Source of the DNA: the human T2T-CHM13v2.0 reference genome, Homo sapiens
Assembly (NCBI RefSeq): GCF_009914755.1
Contig: NC_060933.1
DNA: 64,000 bases
Strand: one strand, 5' to 3'
Numbering within the stretch: the first letter of the stretch is position 1; every line of letters begins with the position of its first letter. The notes under the pieces are model-generated. The model saw only the letters and a list, made by a program, of their open reading frames with translations. It made no database searches and was not told where the DNA came from. Below, piece after piece: positions 52,101 to 64,000 of this stretch. A program made the translations under genes and the position numbers.

Positions 52101-55100
52101 ATGGTCTATCAATTTTATTTATCTTTTCAAAGAACCAGCTTTTAGTTTCAGTTATCTTTTGTAATTTTTTTGTTTTAATTTTATTTAGTTCTGTTTTGTT
52201 CTTTGTTATTTATATTCTTCTGCTGGGTTTGAGTTTAGTTTGTTCTTGTTTCTCTAGTTTATTGAGGTGTGACATTAGGTTGTCTATTAGTGCTCTTTCA
52301 GACTTTTTGATGTAGCCATCTAATGCTATGAACTTTCCTCTTAGCACTGCTTTTGCTGTATTCCGGAGGTTTTGATAAGTTGTGTCACTATTGTCATTCA
52401 TTACAATTTTTTTAACTTCTATCTTGATTTCATTGTTAACCCCAAAATCAAGAGCAGATTATTTAATTTCCATGTATTTGTATTTTTTTGAGCATTCCTT
52501 TTGAAGTTGATTTCTAGCTTTATTTCACTATGGCTTCAGAAGATACTTGATTTAATTTTTATTTTTTAAATTTATTGAGACTTGTTTTGTCATATGTCCT
52601 ATTTTGGAGAATGTTTCATGTGCTGATGAGAAGAATGTATATTGTGCAGTTGTTGGGAATAATGTTCTGTGTATATATGCTAATTCCATTTATCCTACAG
52701 AATAGTTTATATCCATTTTTTCATTGACTTTCTATCCTGATGACCTCTCTAGTGCTTTCAGTGGAGCATTGAAGTTCCCCACTATCATTGTGTTACTGTC
52801 TGTCTCATTTCTTAGGTCTAGTAATAATGTTTTTATAAACCTAGGTACTCCAGTGTTAGGTGTGTATAAATTTAGGATTGTGTTATGTTCCTGTAGGATG
52901 AATCCTCTTATCATTATATAATGTTTGTCTTTGTCTTTTTTTTTTTGCTGTTGTTGCTTTAAAGCCTGTTTTGTCTGATATAAGATTAGCTACTCCTGCT
53001 TGTTTTTAGTTTCCATTTGTGTGAAATATCCTTTTCCACATAAGGACTCACATAAATTTAGGTTAACGTTTTTCACATAAACTTTACCCTAAGTTTACAT
53101 GAGTCCTTATGTGTTAAGTGAGTCTCTTGAAGACAGCAGATATTTGGTTAGTGGTTTTTTTTATTCATTCTTCCATTCTGTATCTTTAAGTGGAGTATTT
53201 AGGCCATTTACATTCAATGTTAATATTGAGATGTGAGGTACTGTCCTATTCATCATGTCAGTTGTTGCCTAGATACTTTTTTTTCATTGTGTTACTGTTT
53301 TAAAGACTGTGAGATTTATGGTTTAAGGAGGTTCTGTTTTGATGTATTTCAAGCTCTTCTGTTTCAAGATTTAGAACTCCTTTTAGCATTTCTCGTTCTG
53401 CTGGTATGGTAGTGACAAATTCCCTCATGATTCATTTGTCTGAAAGACTTTATCTCTCCATAACTTGTGAAGCTTAGTTTTGCTGGATATAAAATTTTTG
53501 ACCAAAATTATTTTATTTAAGGATGCTAAAGATAGGACCCCAATCCCTTTGGCTTGTAAGGTTTCTGCTGAGAAATCTGCTGTTAATCTGATAGGATTTC
53601 CTTTACAGGTTACCTGATGCTTCTGTCTCACAGCACTTAAGATTCTTTCCTTCATCTTGACTTTAGATAATAACCTGATGAATATGTGTCTTCGTGATGA
53701 TCTTTTTGCAGTTAATTTCCCAGGTTTTCTTTGAGTTTCTTGTATTTGGATGTATAGATATCTAGCAAGTCCAGGGAAATTTTCCTTGATTATTCTCTCA
53801 AATAAATTTTCCAAACTACTTTTAGACTTCTCTTCTCCCTCAGGAACACCAATTATTCTTATGTTTGGCCATTTTACATAATACCATATTTCTTGGAGAC
53901 TTTGTTCATTATTTAAAATTCTTTTTTGTTTATGTCTGATTAGGTTAATTTAGAAGTCTGGTCTTTGGGCTCTGAAGTTCTGTCTTCTACTTATTCTAGT
54001 CTATTGAAACTTTTCACTGCATTTCATATTTCCCTGAGTGTGTCTTTCATATCCAGATGTTCTCATACTTTTTTTCCTTTATGATGTCTATTCTCTGGAA
54101 AATTTTTATTCATATCCTGAATTTTTTTAATGGCTTTCACCTTCCTCTGGTATCTCCTTCAGTAGATTAATAATCAACATTCTGAGTTCTTTATCTGGCA
54201 TTTCAAAGACTTCTTCTTGGTTTGAATCCATACTGGAGAGCTATCTTTTGTGGATGTTACAGAAGGCTGTTTTGTCATAGTACTAGAATTGCTTTTCTGG
54301 TTCCTTCTCATTTGAGTAGACTATTTTTTCAAATTGTTTTAAAATTTATTTTTGACTGGACTGTATTTTTTTCCTCTTAAGAATTTAAATTTAATGTTTA
54401 TAGTTTATTTTAGCCTAATTTGATTCTTGGTGCCTTTAGTGGTGAACACTCTGTATGAGTTCCTTATATATAAATTTTTTGTATGCTGGCTTTCCCAGAT
54501 GCTGGCTGTAGTAGTTATGTAATTGATGGATAGGCTAGTTCACTGTCTCCTGTGGGGTTAGATTGGCAGGGATCTCTTGGAGCTTATTTCATTCTCTTGT
54601 GGTGTATACTTTATTTATTTTTCTCAGCATTTTATTTACTGAGTTGAGGATTCAGGTTTCAAGCCAACAGGGGAGGTATCCCTGGATAAGCACCATTTAT
54701 AGCTAAGGCAGGTGAATAGATGGGCAGAGGCCCCAGCCTTGATGAAGGTGGCTGGGGGAGCTCTCAATTAGATATGCTGAGGTTTTATCAGGGTAAAAAG
54801 TGGGAGCTACCTCAGCTCCTCTTCCAGGCCAGCAGGAAAGCTATCCACCTCACAGCCTCACACCTGTCACACCCTTCCAGCTATTCAGATCAGACAGATT
54901 CATTTCATCTGTAGGAATGTTGATGTTCCAAGTAGGGAGGAATTGGGACTCTGCCTGTCATGCAGGCCTAGATCGGGGGAATGCTTCTCCCGTGGGGCTG
55001 CAATCACCCTGAATTGTTCCAAGAGGGCTGTCTATAGGTTCCTCTGCACTGCATTCCCTTGGGAGAAACCCCAACTGTGTCTGCAGTGGTGTATCAGGGG

Positions 55101-56873
55101 AACAAGGACCCCTTCTCCAAGGCCTTTCACAACCACAGAGGCTGCCTGCCTGTTGGGGTAGAGGTGCAGACTTTCCCTATTGTGCCCAGCACCACAATTG
55201 TGTCTCTTCCCACCAGCAGAGAGATCTGGGACTTAAGACCTGCCATTCAGATTTTTTTTTCCCCGCAGAGCGTACCCTTGATGTGGTGCTCCCCGACTTC
55301 CCTAGGAATGGGACTTCCCAAGAAGTCCTATACTGCAGTGGTTATTATTGCTCATTCTGGGTCTAGCCCCACAATGGGGCTATGAGGGTCTGGGCTGGTG
55401 CTGGGGAATGTCGGCAAAGAATCCAGTGATGTGACCTGTCTTCAAGTCTCCCAGCAGTGGATACCAGCACCTGCTCTGGTGGAAGTGGCAGGGGAGTGAG
55501 GTATAATCTGTGAGATTCCTTGGTTGTAGATAGGCTTAGTGTGCTGGGTTTCTCAAGTGTTGGTTATACTAGTAGTGAACTTGTCATGTGGACAGACTCA
55601 GGACTTCTGTTTAGCTAGGGTGTGGCAGGCAGTGGTGTTAGCTGAGATGACCAGCCATTTTCTTCTTCTTGGGAACAGTATTATTCTGCCAAGAGGAATT
55701 GTAATACTCTGAGTTGGTTGGCCTCCAGCCAGGATGTGGCACTTGCAAGACAGCCCCAGCTGCCATACTAGCAGTGGGATTTGAGCTTGCCCTAAGTTGT
55801 CCAGGGAAAGTATTCTGGTTCCTCACATGAATGGGCAGGGCCATAAAGTTCTCAAAAGTTTATGTCTTTTGTGTTAAGCTACCTGTGTGGGTGAAGAAAT
55901 GCCACCAGGTAGGGGCAGGGTTAGGAGGATCTGAGCTCAGTCTCTCCTTGGGTGGGGCCGGCCCTGGCCACTGTGGGGAACCCAGTAGAGGTAGCCACTG
56001 GAGTAATGTTCCAGAGGGGAGTATGACTGCCTCTGTTGTGTAGATGAGTTCCCAAAAGGAATGGGGAGGAGTGGGCAGCAGTAAGCCTCACCCAACTCCC
56101 ATGCAGTTGACAAGGCCAGTCTTGTTCCTGCATTTTCCCACTAACAGCACTGCGTTTAGATTCAGGCAGCCTGTGCACAAAACTCAGACCTGTCCCAGGC
56201 CATAAGCATCACCACAGAGATAGCAAGCCTGGCTTTCAGGCTATGCCCCTCCCAGTCCGCCTGCAAGGCCAGGCACCCAGTTTCTACCCTCTTGTCTGTG
56301 GCACACTTCCCACTCACCCCAGTGTTCTGTCCAAGGGAATTTGTTCCCACTTGAAATTATATCACAGCATTTAATTGGGAACTCCTTTAACCTTGCGACT
56401 CCTCCCTGAGTCTGTTGGCTGACTTCCCCCAAGGACCTCTGTGAGATACAGTTGGGAAGGGCTTCTCATAGTTCATGAGAGAGACTGGGAATGTCTGCGA
56501 GGCACATCCCATTGCTGCTTCTACTTCTACATTTCACAGCACTCCCTATGTTCATTCCAGCTCTGGGTAGGGATAAGGCCTTCTCCCGTGGTCTGGATTT
56601 TCATATTTCCCGGTGGGGTTGTGTGTTTGGAGGCCAGCCCTCCCACCTCACACTCTGGAAAATTACAGTTTTTCACCTACCACACAGAGTAGGCTGTGGC
56701 CTGCTGCTTCTTACAAAGGATCTGTGGATTTTTAAGGTTTTCTTAGTAAGTTCCTGTGGTGGTTCTTGAAAAAAAATCACAATGTGATTCTCTACTCACT
56801 ATTTTGTCCTTCCAAGTAGGAGAGACATGCTAACACTGTCTCCTATGCACCATCTTGAAAAACAAATAAAACA
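49144..56873 (-). mobile_element. Full-length, decayed L1PB1-like LINE-1 (about 7.7 kb)
   Basis: L1PB1 3'UTR (ttggttacatggataagttctttagtggtgattt); ORF2 remnants 49352..49606, 50931..51443 (RT) and 52732..52914 (EN); ORF1 remnant 53425..53814; long 5'UTR; TSD aaacatcttaa[t/c]tc at 49130-49143 and 56874-56887. Confidence 0.95.
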
Positions 56874-57514
56874 AAACATCTTAACTCTGCAAAGGGCACC
56901 TCACAAGAATCCAGGTCTCTGTGGAATATGAATTATAATCTTTGTCCTCATTTTTTATTGGGATAATCAAGAATCATAAAAGTTAGATGACTACTCCAAA
57001 GATGTACAAGAAGTGTTAGTGACTGAGAAGAGGGAAGAATACAGGTTTTCCATATTCTGGTATATTAATTTGTTATTTTTAAAAAATCAGATTATCATTA
57101 GTCCCAGTTATCTGGCCGTAGTATTTCTATTTAAGACTAAAGGAAGGGAGGAATAACTGTGGCTATTTCCACATTATTTTAAGCCTATCAGCAAATAGTG
57201 CATACTACATATTTAATTTTGAGACTGAATTGTTGAACACCAGATGGTTAGTATGATGTTATAATATGTATCTAAATATTATATTTTCAAATAATGAACA
57301 TTTGACAAACCAAGAAAAGACATCATTTCTGTATGCCATGTATGCTAGATGAAACAACTGGATCCCCATCTATATCAAAATGTCTTTCTAGGGATAAAAA
57401 TGATCTTAACTAAACATTGTAATCATAATTTCATGTGTCTGTAAAGCATATAAAAGGTTTTTATACGATGCTTTAAAAATTCAATTTTAAGTTTTCTGTT
57501 AGGCATCTTTACAG

Positions 57515-57690
57515 CCATTTGGTCCTTATAAACATCCCTTTGAATAGGTAGGACAGGTATTACCATCACTCCCACTTGAATGGTGAAAAGAAAAATAGAG
57601 GACAATTTAACTTAAATCACTTCCCAAAAGTTGCATTAGAAGTGATAGATTTGGAACTCCTTCCAGGTCTTAACTCAAATTATGTTAATG
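57515..57690 (-). mobile_element. MIR fragment
   Basis: aggtaggacaggtattaccatcactcccacttgaatggtgaaa...ttaaatcacttcccaa. Confidence 0.6.
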
Positions 57691-58850
57691 ATCCACCATA
57701 TTCTTACACTAAGACCCTTGTTATACTATGGCCTGCTCATAAGTCAGCTATTCATGATTAAGCCTCACTACCTGTAGCAGTAAAATAGAGAGAAATAAAC
57801 TTCCCTCAAAAACATTGATGCTGAAACTTAGTAACAGTGAGTTTACAAAAATACTGTCACTGTGTAGTATTTGAGCCACCTGAACTCAAGCACATATAAT
57901 TCTCAAGTAATTGTAATCATTTATATTCAGGCTGCATTAATTAAAAACAAAAATAAAAAAGAATAAATAAGCAAAACAAGTAAATGCATAAATATATAAA
58001 AATAGTGATGCAGTGCACTCAACATTAAGAAAGAATTGGTAAATACTACAATTAATTCACAATCTTGGTGAAGAAAATGGTGGGTTTAAATGGTGTGGAA
58101 AATGTCTAGAGAGTTTTGATCTATATGATGTTACTTAAAATAGCATAGCTATTTGGTATAATTTTAGGACAGTTGTGTTTCTAGTATGTTATCTTCTGAC
58201 ATTTTATAAAGGTTAAAATGCCAATTTTGCTTTTAACTAATAATTTTGAAATTTCACTCACATGTGGTGTCACTCCAAAATACCAAGTAGATTTTCTAAT
58301 TATTTTCAACTTAGCTTTAGTTTCTTGGAAGTTAAGAAATACTGTGGAGGCTACAATAATATTTATTTCAAAAATAAATTATTACTCTATCTTCCAAGTG
58401 ATTTATATACTGGCTCAGATTTTTTCACCGCAATATCAATAAAAATGTAGTGATTTGTGTTTTTGAGAAGCTTTGAAAATATTTTATTCTAAATTGAAGG
58501 AGCAATTATTGCTGTATTGATGCTCAGTGCCCTTGAATTTACTCTTCTTCCAAATGTAAACTGAATATCTGAATCTGTAACAGTTCTCCTTCTACTTGTT
58601 TGCTTTAGAAACACAAAGAACACATGGTGTATCACCTTAAAAATGCCATTAATTGAGTGAAGCTAGTATTTTCCTTCACAAAACTTGGTTTTTTACAAAC
58701 TTGAACACTTCCCAGACTCTGGCAATCCATTATTTACATGCTTTGCCAGTTCTGTCTAGAATAGCAGAGGTGGCCACTTCAGTGAGAAGCTGTCACTATG
58801 ACTATCTTATAGTGATGTGTTTCTCTTATTCTCAGTTTTCCAAACTACAT

Positions 58851-59253
58851 TGCCATGAACTCAGTTGTGTTCCTCCAAAATTCATATGTTGAAACCCTAA
58901 ATCCCAACGTAACTGTCTTTGGAAATAGAGCCTTTAAAGAGGTAATTAATCTTAAATAAGGTAATAAGGACACATACGACTCTAATCACACAAGACTAGT
59001 GTTATTTTAGGAAGAGGAAAAGACACCGGAGAACAAACGAACTCTCTTCAATCACACAGGACAGGACCTGTGAGGACACAGTGAGGAGATGACCACTGGC
59101 AAACCAGGAAGAGAGACCTCCTGAGAAACCAACCCTGAGGGCACTTTAATCTTGGACTTACAGCCTCTAGAACTATGAGAAAATAAACTTCTGTTTTTTT
59201 TAAGCCACCCACTCTGTGGTATTTAGTTATGGCACTTTAAGCAGACGAATCCA
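58851..59253 (+). mobile_element. MLT1A-like MaLR solo LTR
   Basis: ccaaaattcatatgttgaaacccta...atcttggacttacagcctctagaactatgagaaaataaa. Confidence 0.9.
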
Positions 59254-59509
59254 CATGTCTATCCAACTTTTCATACCTTTCGTGACATAGACTAAGCCTT
59301 TGTTTTTCTCTTTATGCCATCCTTCTCAGAAGTGCTACTTCTTGCTGCTTGGCAGTGTCTTTAGCATTTTACCTCCCACAGAAAGATGTCATCCAAATTT
59401 AAAAAATTAGAAATGACTCTAAGTTCAAGAAACATTGTTAGAAAATAAAAAATACAATAACTATTCATTAAATAATAGATTTATGCAGTCCATATCAAAT
59501 CTGTCTTTT

Positions 59510-61395
59510 TTTTTTTAAGAAAGAGAAAAAGCCATCCTAAAATGTATATGAAATCTCAAGGAACCCTGAACAGCCAAAACAATATTTAAAAATATTTAAA
59601 AAGGAGAACAAAGTTAGAGGTCTCACATTTCCTTATTTCAAAACTTATAAAGTTGAAGTAATCAAAACAGTGTGTTACTAGAATAAAGAAGAAATATAGG
59701 CAGTGAAGTGTAATAGAGAGTTCAGAAATACACCCTTACATATATGGTCGAAATATTTTCAACAAGGATGCCAAGGTTATTCAATGGGGAAAGGGCAGTC
59801 TTTTTAACAAATGATGCTGGGAAAACTGAATATCCACATGCAAAAGAATAAAGTTGGATCCATATCTTATACCACATATGAAAATTAACTCAAAATAGAT
59901 CAAAGATCTAAATATAAGAATTAAAACTATAAAAGTCTTAGAAGAAAACATAGGTGAAAAGCTTTATAACCTTATATTTGGCAATATATTTTTGGATATG
60001 ATACCAAAAACACTGGCAACAAAAGTTAAAATAGATAAATTGAACCGTATAACTTTTTTAAAAAATTGTGCATCAAAGGACACAATCAACAGAGTAAAAA
60101 GGCAGAATGAGAAAAAAAAATTTCATATCATATATATGATAAGGGGTGAATATCTAGAGAGAACTTCTACAATTCAACAACAACAACAAACAACCCAGTT
60201 TTAAAAAATGGGCAAAACACTTAAATAGACTTTTCTGCAAGGTTACACAAATGGCCAACAGATAGGTAAAGAGATACTCAGCATCATCAATTGTTAGAGG
60301 AATGAAAATCCAAACCACAGGCAGAAACAGCATCACACCTTTAGGATGGCTACCATAAAAAAGAAAGTAAAAAATGTTGACGATGTGGGGAAATTAGAAC
60401 CTTTGTGTACTATTGGTGGTAATGAAAAGTGATTCAGCTGTTTTAAAAAAACAGTGTGTTAGTCTAAAAAATAAAAATATAATTACCAAATAATCCAGCA
60501 ATTTCACTTCTGGGTATATACCTATTATGGGCTGATGTGTCTCCACAAAATTCGTATGTTGAAGTGTTAGCCCTAATACCTCAGAATATGATTGTATTTG
60601 GAGATAGGGAATTTAAAGAGGTAATTAAGTTACAATGAGGTCATTATGTTGAGCCCTAATCCAATATGACTGGTGTCCTTTTAACAAGATGAAATTAGGA
60701 CAAAGATCTACATAGAGGGAAGACTATGTGAAGACACAGGGAGAAGATAGCTATCTATAAGCCAAGTAAAGAGGCCTCAGAAGACACCAATTCTGCCATT
60801 ACCTTAATCTTGGACTTCTAGCCTCCAGAATTGTGAGAAAATAAATTTATGTTGGTTAACTCACCCAGTTTGGGGTCTTTGTCATAAAAGCCCTAGAAGA
60901 CTAATACAATACCCCAAAGGATTGAAAACAGGCTTTGTAATAAATATGTGTACACCAATGTTCACAACAGCATTATTCATAATAACCTCACAATAAGTAT
61001 CAACAAAGTGTCCATCAACAAACGATTGGATAAACAAAATATGGTATATACATGCAATGGAATATTATTCAGCCTTAAAAAGGAAGGAGATTCTACCACA
61101 TGCTACAAAAATGGATTAACCTGGAGGACATTATGCTAAGCTAAGTAAACCCATCACAAAAAGACAAATACTATATTATTCCACATATATAAGGTACCTA
61201 GAGTAGTCATATTCATAGAGGCAGAAAGTAGAATTGTGGTTGCCAGGGACTGAGGGGAGGGAGAAATGGGGAGTTGTTATTTGATGGGTATATACAACAA
61301 TGTGAATATACTTATCACTACTGAAAAGGTACACTTAAAATTGGTTAAGATGGCAAAATGTGTGTTGTGTGTATTTTTCCACAATTGAAAAAATA
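59510..61395 (+). mobile_element. 5'-truncated L1MB (L1MB2/3-like) 3' end, split by MLT1B
   Basis: Sense ORF2 C-terminal sequence and 3'UTR gtacacttaaaattggttaagatgg...ccacaattgaaaaa. Confidence 0.88.
60523..60908 (+). mobile_element. MLT1B-like MaLR solo LTR
   Basis: 386 bp ending ctaataca; perfect 5-bp TSD atacc at 60518-60522 and 60909-60913. Confidence 0.93.
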
Positions 61396-61399
61396 TGTT

Positions 61400-61765
61400 T
61401 AAAATACAGTTAGAAGGAATACGTTCATTTAAGATTGGTGAAAAAGTCATTGCAATTTTCACCATAAAAGTAATGGCAAAATCCACAATTATTTTTGTAC
61501 CAACCTAATAGTATTTGATAGTAAAATGGAGAAATTATAGTTAACAATGATTTATTATATATGTCAAAATATATCTGGAAAAGAAGAATTGTAATGTTCC
61601 CAACACAAAGAAAAATGTTTGAGATGATAACTATCCCAGTTGTCCTGACTTGATCATTACACATTGTAAACATGTATAAACATAACACGTGTACTTTCAA
61701 AATATACACAACCATGATATAACAATAAAAAACAGCAAAAATCAAAATCCAAATAAATGAAAAAC
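61400..61765 (+). mobile_element. L1MA5-like 3'UTR fragment, split by MADE1
   Basis: gagaaattatagttaacaat...aatgttcccaacacaaagaaa...ttgatcattacacattgta. Confidence 0.8.
61429..61508. mobile_element. MADE1 (Hsmar1-derived 80-bp MITE)
   Basis: 80-bp near-palindrome ttaagattggtgaaaaagtcattgc...cacaattatttttgtaccaacctaa followed by TA. Confidence 0.92.
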
Positions 61766-61862
61766 AAGTTTATGCAATGTGATGGTCCTGTAGCTGTTAG
61801 TGGCTGCATGCTTTTAACATCAATATGAGTATTGATTTGGCTGTACCATTAATTATCAAAAT

Positions 61863-62049
61863 TGGAGTTACCAGTTAGCTAAAGGATATCCAGCTAAATT
61901 TGAATTTCAGATAAACAATGAATAATTGTTAGTATCAGTGTGTGTCAAATGTTATGTGGCACATAACTATACTAAGATAAAATTTGTTATTTATCCAAAA
62001 TTTATGTTTGAGTATTCTGTGTTTTTATTTGCTAAATGTGGCAAACTTA
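61863..62049. mobile_element. MER53 palindromic hAT MITE
   Basis: ccagctaaatttgaatttcagataaacaatgaata...tttttatttgctaaatgtggcaa. Confidence 0.85.
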
Positions 62050-62629
62050 ACACAAAGAAATGTGTATTTTATATTTATATATTATATTTTTCATGATACT
62101 TTACCAGAGGAAAGCTCATCTTATTCGATGTAAAAGAGATATAGTATCTTATATTTGAGTATTTGGAATTATAAAGGGAAGGATATCTGGAATGTCAAAT
62201 TTCCCAGTGCCAGCCACATTTGAATGCCATAGGTGACCCTAGTAAAAAAGTACCTTCCACAAATATCTCTTTCCAGTTTTAACTCTAGTATCTTACTTAC
62301 TCTCCTTTGGCACTTCAAATATTTCTATATTTAAACCTCTCCTACCTCTTTTTCAAATGTGATTTTTTGTTGGGGATAATATCTTAAAAGCATTTCTTCG
62401 GATGTAAGATAATTGTTTACACACACATACAGACATTCACAAACACACACACACGCCTTTATTTCTGGGATAAAATAAATCTATTAAATATTGAGTCAAA
62501 TTTTTAAAAAGTGTGTTTAATTGACAACTAATCATTGTCACCTTAAATTAGTCAATCAAACAAAATAGTCAAGTACCAAAAAGGTGACAGTGGAAAGCAC
62601 ATGTAACTTATAATCAGAAAGTCTTTGCT

Positions 62630-62790
62630 ATTTTATTGGTCTGGTGATCATGGACAAGTCATATAGCCTCTTTAGTAACATTGGCATCATAATAATAATA
62701 CCTACTACTCAGGATTATTGTGAAAATTGAAAATGGATATAAAAATTATATATCAACTTGTTTCATATACAAAAATATGTAGAAAGCTAT
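62630..62790 (+). mobile_element. MIR fragment
   Basis: ggacaagtcatatagcctct...taataatacctactactcaggattattgtgaaaatt. Confidence 0.6.
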
Positions 62791-62929
62791 TAGTTTATGA
62801 GGGCTTTCAGAGGTGTAAATGAGAATGGGATTAATTAGAGTCTGAAGTGCTGCCCTTGTGGGGAGGGAAGAAATTGAGTTAGAGTACTCAGGAAGTGAAA
62901 AAGAGAAACAGACAAAAAAAGAGAAAAGA

Positions 62930-63101
62930 GGCAGACACAGTGGCTCATGCCGGTAATCCCAGCACTTTGGGAGGCTGAGGCAGCAGGATTGCTTGAGCCC
63001 TGGAGTTGGAGGTTATAGTCAGCTATAATCACACCACCACACTCCAGACCAGGTGACAGAGTGACACTGTTTCAAAAAAAAAAAAAAAAAAAAAAAGAAA
63101 A
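62930..63101 (+). mobile_element. Monomeric Alu (AluJ/FRAM-like) with poly(A) tail
   Basis: About 145-bp body: left-arm start (gtggctcatgccggtaatcccagcactttgggagg) and right-arm end (cactccagaccaggtgacagagtgac), then about 23 A. Confidence 0.9.
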
Positions 63102-63559
63102 GTTGAAAACTATTAAAGTAACAAGACAAATCACAAACTTTCTATGTATTTCTGGGTCTTTCTCACTTCGGATATGAGAAATTAACAGAGAAATAGAATC
63201 AGCTGTTTGGAGTAGAGAAATTAGAAAAGAGAAGGCAGCAGTTAGAGTATAGGAGAGATTCCCGATTATTTCCATTATCTCATTATACAGATTAATGTTA
63301 ATACACAGAATATACTCTGGAACAGAGAAGAAGAAAATACCATATATTGAACAACTGGGAGTGAATTATTTCATTAAAATTTTCACATCAACACACTTAA
63401 TACTTAAGAAGATATGGCAATTGTTATCTCTTTACTTATGAATCCCATCTTCATGCTAACAATTTGCATTAGTACATTACGAGATGGGCAATTTTAAATG
63501 AAAAGATAATTTTTTTTAAGTTTTAAAATTTTCCAACAATGTGTTTTTGGATGCTATAT

Positions 63560-64000
63560 TATATTGAACACTTCATCAAAATAATGAAGTTAATCCAATA
63601 ACTTTAGTAGATGTATTCAATGAGAAAAGGGTGACATTTTAATAAGCAGTGTATCTACGTGGAAGCAATTAAAAATGGATACCCATCTTACACTATTTAT
63701 AAAAGTTAATACCAGTTGAGTTAAATAATTGATTATTTTCTTGCAACAATGCCAAAAAATCTAGGTAGCTGGTGTGTAATACTAGAAACCTACAGTATTT
63801 AAAAACTCAGAGGTAGCTAAATAAAATTTAAACCATTTTTAGAGCAAAAAAATGAGCAAAATTAATAAACACATGGTGTATCTGGAAAAAATGACAATGA
63901 AAATAGCAGGCAATGAGTTTGTTTTAGTAATACACAAAAAGTTCTTATAAACTGACAAGGAAAATGACAAAATATGCAGTATAAAAATGGAAAAAAGCTA
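63560..64000 (+). mobile_element. Old L1ME-like ORF2 3' remnant
   Basis: aaaaatggatacccatcttacactatttataaaagttaat resembles the L1 ORF2 LDPYLTPYTKIN segment. Confidence 0.55.

Noticed and set aside
62536-62589. 9-bp inverted repeat tgtcacctt / aaggtgaca
   Set aside because: Short arms with a 36-nt spacer are expected by chance in 64 kb.

Overview
AT-rich, CpG-poor mammalian genomic DNA. It is almost certainly human, because an Alu at 39675-39999 carries all five AluYa5 diagnostic bases. I cannot support any protein-coding gene, RNA gene, CRISPR array or prokaryote-type system. Every ORF in the track that I can interpret is a decayed L1, Alu or MaLR reading frame or chance. Bases 1-27 kb are mostly unique sequence sprinkled with old repeats (MIR, L2, MER5, MER20, MER33, Tigger3b, THE1C). 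Bases 27.4-47 kb are one nested stack: an old L1ME holds an L1MB, which holds (a) an MSTB LTR containing an AluSg and a THE1D provirus and (b) a near full-length L1MA2 containing the AluYa5. Bases 49.1-56.9 kb are a full-length L1PB1 with its TSD. Bases 58.8-64 kb hold MLT1, L1MB, MADE1, MER53 and an Alu monomer. Items worth follow-up: a four-arm alternative-pairing hairpin with repeated T-box-like motifs at 23.6 kb; a recursive-splice-type CAG|GTAAGT site and several + strand exon-like segments, which fit the minus-strand bias of the large retroelements; and several template-switch-like scars (a captured MER41 fragment, a local copy of an MSTB fragment, and inverted duplications inside THE1C, L1MA2 and L1PB1). 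Family and subfamily names come from my recall of consensus sequences and need RepeatMasker/Dfam confirmation. Boundaries of old repeats are approximate.
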